The notes under the pieces were generated by a model that worked only from the letters and a program-made list of their open reading frames with translations, was not told where the DNA came from and did no database searches. A program made the translations under genes and the position numbers. Of a stretch of DNA of 64,000 bases, positions 24,948-34,814 are shown one piece after another (positions within the stretch are counted from its first letter, which is position 1; every line of letters starts with the position of its first letter). Source of the DNA: Ilumatobacteraceae bacterium (GTDB lineage Bacteria > Actinomycetota > Acidimicrobiia > Acidimicrobiales > Ilumatobacteraceae); NCBI GenBank assembly GCA_024643255.1, contig JAHENF010000004.1, positions 49,748 through 113,747 of the forward strand, given 5' to 3'.

Positions 24948-26229
24948 CGTCGTCGGCCCATCGGTCGACCATCGCCAGGAACGCGTCGACGTCGTCGTCG
25001 GTGATCTCGATCGACAGGGCGACGAATCCGCGCCGAGCGATGTAGAAGCCGGCTTCGAGTGCGGCGAAGAAGAGCAGTTCCTTCCATCGGTCGTCGGACG
25101 CCCCGAGGTCGTTGACCGACCGCACCGGACCGGTGGTGCCGTGGACGTTCATCAGCGAGCCGGACCCCGTCACGCACATCGGGAGTCCATGCCTCCCGAA
25201 GACCTCGTCGAGGCCGGCGCGCAGCCACTCACCACGTTCGTTCGTCGCCGTCAGGATGCCCGGCGTCAGGACCTCGCCCAGCGTGGACACGCCGGCAGCC
25301 ATCGACACGACATTGTTGTTGAACGTCCCCGCGTGGCCGAGCCGCCCACCGACGGTGGCATCGAATGCCGCCATCAGCTCGCGCCGGCCGCCGAAGGCGC
25401 CGAACGTGAAGCCGCCGGCCAGATACTTGCCGAGCGTCGTGAGATCGGGGGCGATCCCGAGCAGCTCCTGCGCGCCCCCGGGCGACAGTCGTGACGTCAT
25501 GACCTCGTCGAAGATCAGCAGCGCACCCGACGCGTCGCATCGGCGTCGCAGGTCGCCGAGGAACTCGACCGTGCCGGGGATGCAGCCCGCCGATCCCTGC
25601 AGTGGCTCGACGAGCACCGCAGCGATCTCGGAACCATGAGCGGCGAACACCTCACCGACGGCGTCGAGGTCGTTGTAGGGCGCCATGATCCAGTCATGGG
25701 GCACGTTCACTTCACGATGACCGGCGAACGTGATCACCCCACCGTGGTATCCACCGTCGAAGACGAGCACCTTGGCTCGTCGGGTGTGATGCGTGGCGAG
25801 CGCGAGCGCCATCAGGTTCGCCTCGGTTCCGGAGTTCGTGAACCGGACCTGCTCGATCGACGCGAACCGTTCGGCGACGAGTTCGGCGAGGCGGACCTCG
25901 TTCGGATGCACGGCGCCGAGCGCCCAGCCCTGATCGATCGCGGCGTGGACCGCGCGGCGCACGGGCTCGGGGGAGTGGCCGAGCAGCCCCGCCGTGTAGT
26001 TCCCGAGTAGGTCGACGTATCGGTGGCCGTCGACGTCGACGAGGTGCTTGCCGTCGGCCGAGTCGACCCGGAACGGGAACGGATCGAAGTGCAGCACGGA
26101 ACGCGTGTTGCCTCCCGGCAAGACGGCGCCGGCACGGCCGGCCCAGCCGGCGCTGAGCGGGTTCGCGTCGACGTACCGCTGTCGGGCCGTGTCGAGTGCG
26201 GTGTCGAGGGACGCTTCGGTCGTGGTCAT
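24916..26229 (-). CDS. class III aminotransferase (glutamate-1-semialdehyde aminomutase-like)
   Basis: ATG 26229. LPGGNTR, FTNSGTEANLMA, GGYHGG, LLIFDEVMTSR. Confidence 0.8.
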   Translation of the reverse strand: MTTTEASLDTALDTARQRYVDANPLSAGWAGRAGAVLPGGNTRSVLHFDPFPFRVDSADGKHLVDVDGHRYVDLLGNYTAGLLGHSPEPVRRAVHAAIDQGWALGAVHPNEVRLAELVAERFASIEQVRFTNSGTEANLMALALATHHTRRAKVLVFDGGYHGGVITFAGHREVNVPHDWIMAPYNDLDAVGEVFAAHGSEIAAVLVEPLQGSAGCIPGTVEFLGDLRRRCDASGALLIFDEVMTSRLSPGGAQELLGIAPDLTTLGKYLAGGFTFGAFGGRRELMAAFDATVGGRLGHAGTFNNNVVSMAAGVSTLGEVLTPGILTATNERGEWLRAGLDEVFGRHGLPMCVTGSGSLMNVHGTTGPVRSVNDLGASDDRWKELLFFAALEAGFYIARRGFVALSIEITDDDVDAFLAMVDRWADDVRGLRGSACA

Positions 26230-26243
26230 CTGCGCATCCTGCG

Positions 26244-27305
26244 TCAGGCGCGGGTGCGACGTTCGCCCCAATGGCCCATCGCGCCGACGCGCTGGAACCG
26301 TTCGGGCCGGTCGCTGGGGCCGAGCACGTCGGTGGCCAGCCAGAGCCGCTTCAGCCAGCGCACCCGTCCGGCTCGGGCGTCATCGACGTAGGCCCGCCGG
26401 GCGTGGAGGACGTGGTAGTTGTTGACGAACTGCATCTCGCCCGGTCGCAGGGCCATCTCGACGCGGTTGTCGCGTTCGTTGACGAGCTCGTCGTACGCGT
26501 CCATCGCCTCGCGCTGCTCGGGGCGAAGTCGGGGGGCGTCGGCATGTCGCTGCGACGCCTCGATGTAGGGCCGGATGTAGCGGACGAAGAGCCGATCGCC
26601 GGTCGGGCCGGTGTGGCGGCTGAATGCCGGCACCTCGTAGTAGGGCCGCGCACCGTCGCGCTGTTCGCCGCGGAAGTCGTACGGGAGCGGCTGGTACAGC
26701 TCGGCGGCGAGATCGGGACGGGTTCGAACGAGCTCGTTGTGGGCGCCCAGCGCATTGGCGACGAGGCTCTCACCGCCGCTGACTCCCGAGTCGATGCACA
26801 GCAGCCCGACCAGGTCGGAACCGTCGCTGTGGAAGCCGAGCGGGTGACCGCCGATCTCGTTGCCCCTGGCGGTCGGATCGTCGGGAGACTTGCCCTGGTC
26901 CTTCACGTCGCCGAGGAGATGGCCCTTCGCGTTCTGTGGCCATGGCTCGCCGAGGTGCATCCCGATGCCCCAGTACATCCACGACGCGTCTTCGTCTCCG
27001 ATGCGGTCGACGTCGAGGGCGGCGATGCGTACGAACCCGCGTCCGTCGACCAGTTCCTCGGTGAGTTCGCGGAGCAGCGGCGACAGCGTCGGCAACGGGA
27101 AGTCGTCGGCGGTGACATCGAGCACCTCGTCGGTGATCGAGCGCGCGTTGGCGAGGGCGGCCGCGAGCTCGGCGTGGTGATCATCGCTCAATCGGAGTGT
27201 CCACTGCTCGACGTCGCCGACGTCCGCGGCGCGCCAGTTGGCGTGGGTCTCCAATTCGATCATGTCGTCGGCTGTCGGGAGGGGACTGGATTCGAGGGTG
27301 CTCAC
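26244..27305 (-). CDS. TauD/TfdA-family Fe(II)/2-oxoglutarate dioxygenase
   Basis: GTG 27305 lies 2 nt after the upstream stop. HxD in LGFHSDGSD, distal His in NNYHVLHARRAY. The remainder of the listed 860-aa ORF is a spurious extension. Confidence 0.75.
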   Translation of the reverse strand: MSTLESSPLPTADDMIELETHANWRAADVGDVEQWTLRLSDDHHAELAAALANARSITDEVLDVTADDFPLPTLSPLLRELTEELVDGRGFVRIAALDVDRIGDEDASWMYWGIGMHLGEPWPQNAKGHLLGDVKDQGKSPDDPTARGNEIGGHPLGFHSDGSDLVGLLCIDSGVSGGESLVANALGAHNELVRTRPDLAAELYQPLPYDFRGEQRDGARPYYEVPAFSRHTGPTGDRLFVRYIRPYIEASQRHADAPRLRPEQREAMDAYDELVNERDNRVEMALRPGEMQFVNNYHVLHARRAYVDDARAGRVRWLKRLWLATDVLGPSDRPERFQRVGAMGHWGERRTRA

Positions 27306-27307
27306 GG

Positions 27308-29035
27308 TCAGGTCCCCGCCGGTGCGGGTTGGGCCCCTCGGATGAGCCGGCCGGGAAGCGCATCGGTGGCCACGCCGTCGTGATAGGTCTCGCGGCCGGC
27401 GACGATCGTGTGGCGCCAGCCGTCGGCTCGCTGCAACAACCGTCGCCCGTTGGCCGGGAGATCGTGCACGATCGTCGGCTTGTGCAGGCGCAGGTGCTCG
27501 AAGTCGACGACGTTGAGGTCGGCGCGATAGCCCGGTGCGATCACCCCTCGATCGAGGAGCCCGACGGTCCGCGCCGTGTCGCGGCAGTGTCGCTGGACGA
27601 GAAAGGGGAGTGGAATGCGATCGTGATCGCGGTCGCGACCCCAGTACGCGAGCAGCGTGGTGGGAAAGCTGCCGTCGCAGATCGTGCCGACGTGGGCGCC
27701 ACCGTCGCCGAGCCCGGGAACCGTGTAGGGATGGACGAGCATCTCGTGGCACGCGTCGAGGTTGCCGTCGACGTAGTTGAGGAACGGGAGGTAGATGAGT
27801 CCGTGGCCGTCGTCGGCGAGCATCGCGTCGAGCGACACCTCCTCGGGCGTGATGCCTCGCCGGGCGGCGATTGCGGCGAGCGATGTGTCGAGCGACGGCT
27901 CGTAGTCGGGCTCGTCGGCCATCTCGAACAGCAGGTCGAATCTCGAGATCAGGTTGCCACCGAGCTTGTCGCGTGAGCGCTCGCCGGCCTCGGCGAGCAG
28001 CCGTGCGCGGAACTCGCTGTGGCGGAGTGCGGCGACGCGCTCGGCGAGTGGTCGGTCGGCGATCTCCCGATACACGGGGTTGGTGACGAACGGGTTGAGC
28101 GTGCACTCGAGGCCGAGAATCAAGCCGACCGCGCGGGGTGCGACCTGACCGGTCATCGTGAGGCCGTCGGCGTTGGCCTGCGTGACGCGTTCGAGGAGCC
28201 CGCGGAAGGCGTCGGGCACCATCGGGTTGCGGGCGATCGAGATCGACATCGGGCGACCGGACATCTCGATCATCTTGCGCAGCGTGTCGAACTCGGCATC
28301 GGGGTCGAGGAAGTCGGACACCACTTGGAGCACACCGGTGCCGGTCGCGCCGACACCCTGGGCGATGCCGATCAGTTCGTCGGGCGCAGCAGTCAGCGTC
28401 GGGGTGTACGCGCCGGTCGAGGTCTTGTGGTTGCGTGTGCGACTGGTGCTGAACCCGAGGGCTCCGGCCTCGATGGCCTCGCGTGCCAACTCGGCCATGG
28501 CGGCGATGTCGTGCGGTGTGGCGTCCTCGTGGTTCGCTCCGCGCTCGCCCATCACGTTGAGTCGCAGCGCGCCGTGGGGAACCTGCATCGCGACATCGAT
28601 GTCGTGCGGGAGTTCCTCGACCGCGTCGAGGAACTCGCCGAACGAGTTCCAGTTCCAGCGCAATCCTTCGTGCAGCGCCGCGCCCGGAATGTCCTCGACG
28701 CCCTCCATCAACTCGATCAGTTTGTCGTGGTCGGCGTCGTCGACCGGGGCGAAGCCGACCCCGCAGTTCCCGGTGACGACCGTGGTCACGCCATGCCATG
28801 ACGACGGCTGGAGGCGGGTGTCCCACGTGGCCTGGCCGTCGTAGTGCGAGTGGATGTCGACGATGCCCGGGATCACCAGCGCGCCATCGGCGTCGATCTC
28901 ACGCGTCGCAGACCCTTCGACGGCTCCGACCTCGATGACGATCCCGTCGCGCACGGCGACATCGGCGGTGCGGGCATCGGCGCCGGCTCCGTCGACGACG
29001 GACCCACCCCGGACGATCAGGTCGTACTCAGCCAT
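27308..29035 (-). CDS. N-acyl-D-amino-acid deacylase (D-aminoacylase) family amidohydrolase
   Basis: MAEYDLIVRGGSVVDG..GIVDIHSHYD..GNCGVGFAP. Confidence 0.8.
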   Translation of the reverse strand: MAEYDLIVRGGSVVDGAGADARTADVAVRDGIVIEVGAVEGSATREIDADGALVIPGIVDIHSHYDGQATWDTRLQPSSWHGVTTVVTGNCGVGFAPVDDADHDKLIELMEGVEDIPGAALHEGLRWNWNSFGEFLDAVEELPHDIDVAMQVPHGALRLNVMGERGANHEDATPHDIAAMAELAREAIEAGALGFSTSRTRNHKTSTGAYTPTLTAAPDELIGIAQGVGATGTGVLQVVSDFLDPDAEFDTLRKMIEMSGRPMSISIARNPMVPDAFRGLLERVTQANADGLTMTGQVAPRAVGLILGLECTLNPFVTNPVYREIADRPLAERVAALRHSEFRARLLAEAGERSRDKLGGNLISRFDLLFEMADEPDYEPSLDTSLAAIAARRGITPEEVSLDAMLADDGHGLIYLPFLNYVDGNLDACHEMLVHPYTVPGLGDGGAHVGTICDGSFPTTLLAYWGRDRDHDRIPLPFLVQRHCRDTARTVGLLDRGVIAPGYRADLNVVDFEHLRLHKPTIVHDLPANGRRLLQRADGWRHTIVAGRETYHDGVATDALPGRLIRGAQPAPAGT

Positions 29036-29131
29036 GCGCGAGTCTCGCGCTCGCTCGCGAGTCAACCCGACCCGGACGGGGTGGAGGCCGCGGTGTGCTG
29101 GAGGGAAGAGCGGTGCGCTGGGGTGAGATCG

Positions 29132-29815
29132 TCAGGTTTCGACGTGAGCGAAACGTTCGATGTCGCCGCGGTGGCCGGCGACGACGATCAGGTCGTGTTC
29201 ACCGAGGGTCGTTGCGCTCTCGGCATAGGTGAAGGCGAGACCCTCGGGCTTGATGCAGACCACGGTGACCTTGTAGGTCGCGCGCAGGTCGGTGGCACCC
29301 AGCTTCATGCCGGCGAGGTTCTTCGGCACGCGCATCTCGATGAGCACGAAGTCGTCATCCAGCGCGAAGTACTCGATCAGCGCTCCGGTCACCAGGCGGG
29401 CCACCCGATTGCCCATCTCCGCCTCGGGGAACACCACGTGGTGTGCACCGACTCGCTGGAGGATGCGCCCGTGCGACTGTGTGAGCGCCTTGGCCCAGAT
29501 GTTGGGAACCTCGAGGTCGACGAGCGCGCCGGTGGTGAGCACGCTCGCTTCCACGTCGGCGCCGATCGCGACCACAGCGGTCACGGCGTCGCCCACGCCG
29601 AGTTGGCGCAGCGTGGCTTCGTTGGTGGTGTCGGCTTGCACGACATGGGTGAGCATGCCGGCGTGCGCCTGGACGCGGTCGGCATCGGCGTCGATCCCGA
29701 GCACCTCGTGGCCCATTTCGATCAGCGTCGACGCGAGTGATGAGCCGAAGCGGCCGAGACCGATGACGACGATCTCGCCGCGGTGTTCGATCTGGGGACG
29801 AAGGCCGCCCAGCAT
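29132..29815 (-). CDS. trkA: Trk potassium uptake system NAD-binding subunit
   Basis: IVVIGLGRFG Rossmann motif plus a TrkA-C-like C-terminal half. ATG 29815 avoids overlap with trkH. Confidence 0.85.
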   Translation of the reverse strand: MLGGLRPQIEHRGEIVVIGLGRFGSSLASTLIEMGHEVLGIDADADRVQAHAGMLTHVVQADTTNEATLRQLGVGDAVTAVVAIGADVEASVLTTGALVDLEVPNIWAKALTQSHGRILQRVGAHHVVFPEAEMGNRVARLVTGALIEYFALDDDFVLIEMRVPKNLAGMKLGATDLRATYKVTVVCIKPEGLAFTYAESATTLGEHDLIVVAGHRGDIERFAHVET

Positions 29816-29831
29816 CGTGTGAAAAGTCTTG

Positions 29832-31202
29832 TCAGCCAATGATCGGTCGCTCCTCGGGATAATGGTACGCACGGTTGCGCTCGCGCAATGCCAACGCGGT
29901 GACGAAGGTGACCGGTCCCACGCGGCCGGTGAGCATCACGAGGACGAGCACCAGCTGTCCAGCGGGGCCGAGCGACCCGGTGATCCCGGTCGACAGCCCG
30001 ACGGTGCCGAACGCCGACGTCGACTCGAACAGCGCCGGCGTCAACGAGAGATCCTCGATGCTCATCAAGAGCAGGGACGACCCGACGACGAGGCCGATCG
30101 ACAGCAGTGCGACGGTCAGGGCCTGGCGGATGAGGGCGGACGGGAGTCGGCGGCCGAACGAGTTCACGTCCGGGTTGCCGCGCACCTCCGACCACAGAAC
30201 GAAGGCGAGCACCGCAAAGGTGGTGACCTTGATGCCGCCCGCCGTCGACGCGGGTCCGGCGCCGATGAACATGAGCGTGGTGATGACGAGCAGTGTGGGC
30301 TCGTTCATGCCGCCGATGTCGACCGTGTTGAATCCGGCAGTTCTCGGTGTGACGCCCTGGAACCAACCGCCGAGCAGCTTGTCGAACGTGTCGAGTGATC
30401 CGAGCGTTGCCGGGTTGTCCCACTCGAATGTGGTGACGACGACGGCACCGAACACGATCAGTGCCGCGGTCGTCAGCAGGGTGATCTTCGTGTGCACCGA
30501 CCACGGCACCCTTCGGCGCGGCCCGCCCGCACGATGCAGACGTTGGCGGCGGATCACTTCGACGATGATCGGGAAGCCGAGGCCGCCGATGATGAACGCC
30601 GACGACATCCCGAACACGACGACGGGGTCGCCGACGAAGCGCGTCAGGCTGTCCGGGTACAGCGAGATCCCGGCGTTGTTGAACGCCGAGATGGAGTGGA
30701 AGACCGCGGAGTAGGCGGAGCTCACGAGGTTGTCCTCGTACCCGCGGCGCCAGAACCGGACGGTCAGGATCGCGGCCAAGGTGCCCTCCACGGCCAAGGT
30801 GATCTTGGCGATGGCGAGGAGCAGACGCTTCAGGTCGCCGAGGTCGACGGCGCCGATCTCCGCTTGGGCCAGCATCCGCTGCTTGAGGCCGACACGATCC
30901 GACGCCACGATCGCGAGCACCGAGCCGATCGTCATGATGCCGAAGCCGCCGATCTGCATCAGCAGCATCAGCACCACTTCGCCGAACACGGAGAAGTCGG
31001 TGATGTCGATCGTGGAGAGTCCGGTGACGGTCGCCGCCGAGGTCGAGAGGAACAGGGCGTTGTCGAACCCGACGTTGCCGCCCCGATCGGAGGCGATCGG
31101 CAGGGTGAGCAGGAGTGTGCCGACGAGGATGAAGCTGACGAAGGCGCCCACCACGAGCTGCGCGGGATTGCGGATCGACGCGATCAGTCCCCCTCGTGGC
31201 AC
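29832..31202 (-). CDS. trkH: TrkH family potassium uptake protein
   Basis: Polytopic. Repeated selectivity-type loops (TVTGLST, NNAGIS, RTAGFN, FGTVGLSTG). GTG 31202 chosen; the longer listed ORF has a non-membrane Arg-rich extension. Confidence 0.8.
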   Translation of the reverse strand: MPRGGLIASIRNPAQLVVGAFVSFILVGTLLLTLPIASDRGGNVGFDNALFLSTSAATVTGLSTIDITDFSVFGEVVLMLLMQIGGFGIMTIGSVLAIVASDRVGLKQRMLAQAEIGAVDLGDLKRLLLAIAKITLAVEGTLAAILTVRFWRRGYEDNLVSSAYSAVFHSISAFNNAGISLYPDSLTRFVGDPVVVFGMSSAFIIGGLGFPIIVEVIRRQRLHRAGGPRRRVPWSVHTKITLLTTAALIVFGAVVVTTFEWDNPATLGSLDTFDKLLGGWFQGVTPRTAGFNTVDIGGMNEPTLLVITTLMFIGAGPASTAGGIKVTTFAVLAFVLWSEVRGNPDVNSFGRRLPSALIRQALTVALLSIGLVVGSSLLLMSIEDLSLTPALFESTSAFGTVGLSTGITGSLGPAGQLVLVLVMLTGRVGPVTFVTALALRERNRAYHYPEERPIIG

Positions 31203-31266
31203 CGCCGGAGCATAGGGCGTGCAGGCCGAGCGCCGAAGTGTGCGGCGGGTCCGGCATCCTGATGGG

Positions 31267-31476
31267 ATGTTCCTCGGAGCGGATCTCCTCGCGTGGTTGA
31301 CGTTGGCCTTCGGCGCAGCGTTGTTCGTCGGCAACCTGCTCGCGATCGTCAAACCGCCGGCCAAGCAGCTGGATGACGCCAATCTCGAGCAGGCGCCGGT
31401 GGCTCGAAGTGTGATCTTCGCCGGGATCGGACTCGTCGCCGCGATCTGGGCGTTGGCCTCGCTGGTGAGCGGATGA
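31267..31476 (+). CDS. small two-TM membrane protein (hypothetical)
   Basis: 69 aa with two hydrophobic helices and mostly G/C-ending codons. No motif recognised. Confidence 0.4.
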   Translation: MFLGADLLAWLTLAFGAALFVGNLLAIVKPPAKQLDDANLEQAPVARSVIFAGIGLVAAIWALASLVSG

Positions 31477-31507
31477 CCGTTCACATGGAATCTGGAAGAT
31501 TGGGACC

Positions 31508-32101
31508 ATGAGTTCGCCATTGCGTCTGACCTTCGTCCAATCGGCGAGCCGCACCGACCAGTTGCCCGGGTCCCCGATCGAGGTGGCGTTCGTCGGGCGC
31601 TCGAACGTCGGCAAGTCCTCACTCGTCAATGCACTTGCGAATCGCAAGCAGCTGGCGCGTGTCTCGAACACCCCGGGGCGGACGCAGCTGATCAACCTGT
31701 TCGAGGTCGAGAGCGCTCGTACGGAGCTCGGCACGATGGTCGACCTGCCGGGCTACGGCTTCGCGAAGGCGGCCAAGAACATCAAACGTGACTGGCCCGA
31801 GATGATCGAGGGCTATCTCCTCGAGCGCGACAACCTGGCGATGGTGTTCGTGCTCGTCGACGGCGCGATCGGCCCGACCACACTCGACGTGCAGATGCTC
31901 GACTGGCTGCGGTACAACGGTGTTCCGCACACCGTGGTGGCCACGAAGTTCGACAAGGTGAAGTCGTCCAAACGCGCCACCCGGAAGAAGGAACTGGCCG
32001 GCGGGTGCCAGCTCGATCAGGGCGATGTCGTCTGGGTGAGCGCGACGAAAGGTGACGGGATCGACGCGCTCCGATCGCTCGTGCGGAACTGGGTCGGCTG
32101 A
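31508..32101 (+). CDS. engB: ribosome biogenesis GTP-binding protein YsxC/EngB
   Basis: G1 GRSNVGKSS, G3 DLPGYG, G4 TKFDK. Confidence 0.9.
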   Translation: MSSPLRLTFVQSASRTDQLPGSPIEVAFVGRSNVGKSSLVNALANRKQLARVSNTPGRTQLINLFEVESARTELGTMVDLPGYGFAKAAKNIKRDWPEMIEGYLLERDNLAMVFVLVDGAIGPTTLDVQMLDWLRYNGVPHTVVATKFDKVKSSKRATRKKELAGGCQLDQGDVVWVSATKGDGIDALRSLVRNWVG

Positions 32102-32120
32102 GTTCGTTAGCGTCGAGCGC

Positions 32121-33257
32121 ATGTCGTCCGTCGAACTGCCCGCCGTCTCGATCACCGGAACGGGGTTGTTCACGCCGTCGGAATCGATCAGCAACGCCGA
32201 ACTCGCGGCGTCGCTCACCGAGTCGGCATTGAAGTGGAATGCCGAGCACGCCGAGGAGATCGCGTCCGGTGCGGTCGTCGAGCGGCCGCTGCCCGACGAG
32301 GAGTTCATCGTCAAGGCGTCCGGCATCCGGTCGCGGTACGTCATGGAGAAGTCGGGAGTGCTCGACCCGGCGCGGATGCGTCCTCGGTTCGAGACCCGCT
32401 CGGAAGACGAGCTGGGCATCCAGGCCGAGATGTCGATGCCCGCGATCCACGAGGCGCTCGCGCAGGCGGGCCGCACGCCGACCGACGTCGACGCGGTGAT
32501 CGTCGGGTGTTCCAACCTCCAGCGGGCCTACCCGGCCGTGGCCATCGAGATCCAGAATGCGCTCGGCGCCGACGGCTGGGGCTATGACATGAACGTCGCC
32601 TGTTCGTCGGCGACGTTCTCCATCCAGGCCGCTGTCGACGCGCTCCGCAACGGCAGTGCGAACTGCGTGGTCGTGGTCAATCCGGAGATCACCTCGGGAC
32701 ACAACAACTTCGAGTTGCGTGACTTCCACTTCATCTTCGGTGATGCGTGTACGGCGCTCGTGCTCGAGCGGACCGACGACGCGGTGGCACCCGGCCAGTG
32801 GGAGGTGCTCGGCACGAAGTTGGCCACGAAGTTCTCCAACAACATCCGTAACGACTTCGGCTTCCTCAATTCCTCCGAAGTGGTCGAACGCGATCCCCAC
32901 GAGCTGGTGTTCCGTCAGAACGGTCAGATGGTCTTCCGTGAGGTGTGCCCGATGGTCGCGGCGCACATCTCCGCCCATCTGGTGACGCTCGGTCTCGAAG
33001 CCGATGGTGTGCGCCGCTTCTGGCTCCACCAGGCGAACCTGAAGATGAATCAGCTGATCGCCAAGGGGGTGCTCGGACGTCTGCCGACCGACGACGAGGC
33101 CCCGGTGATCCTCGACGAGTACGCGAACACGAGCTCGGCGGGCTCGATCATCGCCTTCCATCTGCACCGCAGTGATCTCGCTCCGGGCGATCTCGGCGTG
33201 ATCTGCTCGTTCGGTGCCGGATACTCCGTCGGCAGCGTGATCGTCCGTCGGCGCTGA
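32121..33257 (+). CDS. beta-ketoacyl-ACP synthase III family condensing enzyme
   Basis: ATG 32121. Cys-His-Asn triad contexts NVACSSATFS, WLHQANLKM, ANTSSAGS. Confidence 0.8.
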   Translation: MSSVELPAVSITGTGLFTPSESISNAELAASLTESALKWNAEHAEEIASGAVVERPLPDEEFIVKASGIRSRYVMEKSGVLDPARMRPRFETRSEDELGIQAEMSMPAIHEALAQAGRTPTDVDAVIVGCSNLQRAYPAVAIEIQNALGADGWGYDMNVACSSATFSIQAAVDALRNGSANCVVVVNPEITSGHNNFELRDFHFIFGDACTALVLERTDDAVAPGQWEVLGTKLATKFSNNIRNDFGFLNSSEVVERDPHELVFRQNGQMVFREVCPMVAAHISAHLVTLGLEADGVRRFWLHQANLKMNQLIAKGVLGRLPTDDEAPVILDEYANTSSAGSIIAFHLHRSDLAPGDLGVICSFGAGYSVGSVIVRRR

Positions 33258-33321
33258 TCCCCGATTCGAGATGAGACGCAGGGTCTGATCCCGCGCCGCA
33301 GGTTCTGGTTCACTGGACGAC

Positions 33322-34080
33322 ATGAGCTTCCAGGTCGGTGTCCAGTTGCATCCCCAAGAGACGTCGTATGTCGAGATCCGCGATGCTTGGCGTCGCGCGG
33401 AGGCACTCGGCGTCGACTCGATCTGGACCTGGGACCACTTTTTCCCGTTGTACGGCGACCCCGATGCTGCGCATTTCGAAGGCTGGACACTGTTGGCGGC
33501 AATGGCCGCCGACACCGAAATGGCGAAGCTCGGCATGCTCGTCACCTGCAACAGCTACCGCAACGTCGAGTTGTTGGCCGACATGGCCCGCACCGCGGAT
33601 CACGTGTCGGGCGGGCGGATGTACCTGGGCATCGGCGCGGGCTGGTTCGAGCGTGACTACACCGAGTACGGCTACGAGTTCGGGACCGCGATCGGTCGAC
33701 TGCACAAGCTCCGTGACGACCTGCCCCGACTGCGGGCCCGCCTCGCCGCGTTGAACCCGGCGCCGATCGGCAAGCTCCCGGTCCTCGTCGGCGGCTCCGG
33801 TGAGAAGGTCACGCTGCGGCTGACCGCGGAACACGCTGATGCCTGGAACTCGTTCGGCCCGCCCGAGAACTACGCGCACAAGAACTCGGTGCTCGATCGA
33901 TGGTGCGCCGAGATCGGCCGCGATCCGTCGGAGATCGAGCGGACCGTCCTCATCTCGGCCGACGACGTCGAGCTCGTCGACGCATATCTCGAGGCGGGGG
34001 CGACGCACCTCATCGTGATGACGGGAACCCCCTTCGATCTCGCACCGATCGAGCGGCTGATCGCTCGCCGCGACGCCTGA
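33322..34080 (+). CDS. LLM-class (F420-dependent type) oxidoreductase
   Basis: GVDSIWTWDHF..TCNSYRN..LGIGAGWFE..GGSGEKVTL pattern typical of the luciferase-like monooxygenase family. Confidence 0.8.
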   Translation: MSFQVGVQLHPQETSYVEIRDAWRRAEALGVDSIWTWDHFFPLYGDPDAAHFEGWTLLAAMAADTEMAKLGMLVTCNSYRNVELLADMARTADHVSGGRMYLGIGAGWFERDYTEYGYEFGTAIGRLHKLRDDLPRLRARLAALNPAPIGKLPVLVGGSGEKVTLRLTAEHADAWNSFGPPENYAHKNSVLDRWCAEIGRDPSEIERTVLISADDVELVDAYLEAGATHLIVMTGTPFDLAPIERLIARRDA

Positions 34081-34081
34081 C

Positions 34082-34723
34082 TCAGCGCGGCGCGTTGACC
34101 GCGACGAAGTCGTCGATGACAGCCTGGGCAACGGCATCGTCGAACGTCGTGCTCGACATGAACCGGATGAAGAGGAAGCTGCCCATCAGGTTGGCCATGC
34201 TCCGGTCGACGTCGATGTCCTGTCGGAGCTCGCCCGCCGCGACCGCGTTGGCGATCACCCGAGCGAACACGTCGTGGAACGCGCCGAGAAACTCGTCGCG
34301 CACGGCGGCCACCGTCGTGTCGTGCAGCGCCCGCTCCATCATGTTCGCGATCATCGGCGCGCGCTGATCGTCGGTGAGGTCGACGACGAGGTGTGCGCAC
34401 AACAGCGCGAGATCGTCGCGCAGTGAACCGGTCAGGTCGTCGGCATCCGGCGTGACCTTGCCGATCGAGTCGATCGTGGCGCGCAGCAGATCCTCGCGGG
34501 TCGGCCAGTGGTTGTAGACCGTCGTCCTGCTCACGTTGGCTGCCGCCGCCACGTTGGCGTGGGTGATCGCGCTCGGCCCGTCCGCCATCAGCAGCTCGCT
34601 CGCCGCCTCGATGACGGCGACACGCGTGCGCTCCACTCGCGGATCGTCGCCGCGTGGGCTGTCGGGGCGGGCGGCCCTGGTGACGGAGTTGCTGGTGCTG
34701 GAGCGTCTGGTGGAGGTCGGCAT
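34082..34723 (-). CDS. TetR family transcriptional regulator
   Basis: HTH ITHANVAAAANVSRTTVYNHWPTRE. Divergent from the MMPL gene. Confidence 0.85.
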   Translation of the reverse strand: MPTSTRRSSTSNSVTRAARPDSPRGDDPRVERTRVAVIEAASELLMADGPSAITHANVAAAANVSRTTVYNHWPTREDLLRATIDSIGKVTPDADDLTGSLRDDLALLCAHLVVDLTDDQRAPMIANMMERALHDTTVAAVRDEFLGAFHDVFARVIANAVAAGELRQDIDVDRSMANLMGSFLFIRFMSSTTFDDAVAQAVIDDFVAVNAPR

Positions 34724-34777
34724 GGTTCGTCGTGCTCGTCGTCGGGTGTGTCGTGTGGCACGTCACCCGATGTTCAC

Positions 34778-34811
34778 TTGTGATTGCACATTCTAGTGGA
34801 CAGAATGTCCA
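34778..34811 (+). promoter_or_regulatory. candidate MMPL promoter with overlapping TetR-type operator
   Basis: TTGTGA (34778-34783), 17 nt, CAGAAT (34801-34806). Palindrome TGGACA-GAA-TGTCCA (34797-34811) overlaps the -10. ATG at 34815. Confidence 0.45.
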
Positions 34812-34814
34812 ACA

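Noticed and set aside
27306-28826. 5' part of the listed 860-aa ORF 26244-28826
   Set aside because: Only the last 353 codons (26244-27305) look like a protein, the TauD family. The upstream part is Arg/Pro-rich and lies in an alternative frame of the well-supported D-aminoacylase gene.
29722-33551. 670-aa and 589-aa minus-strand ORFs (29722-31734, 31782-33551), and 596-aa ORF start at 31622
   Set aside because: They are alternative-frame or antisense shadows of trkH, engB and the KAS III gene, with Arg-rich composition and no motifs. For trkH itself, the region upstream of GTG 31202 is non-membrane and overlaps a divergent small ORF.
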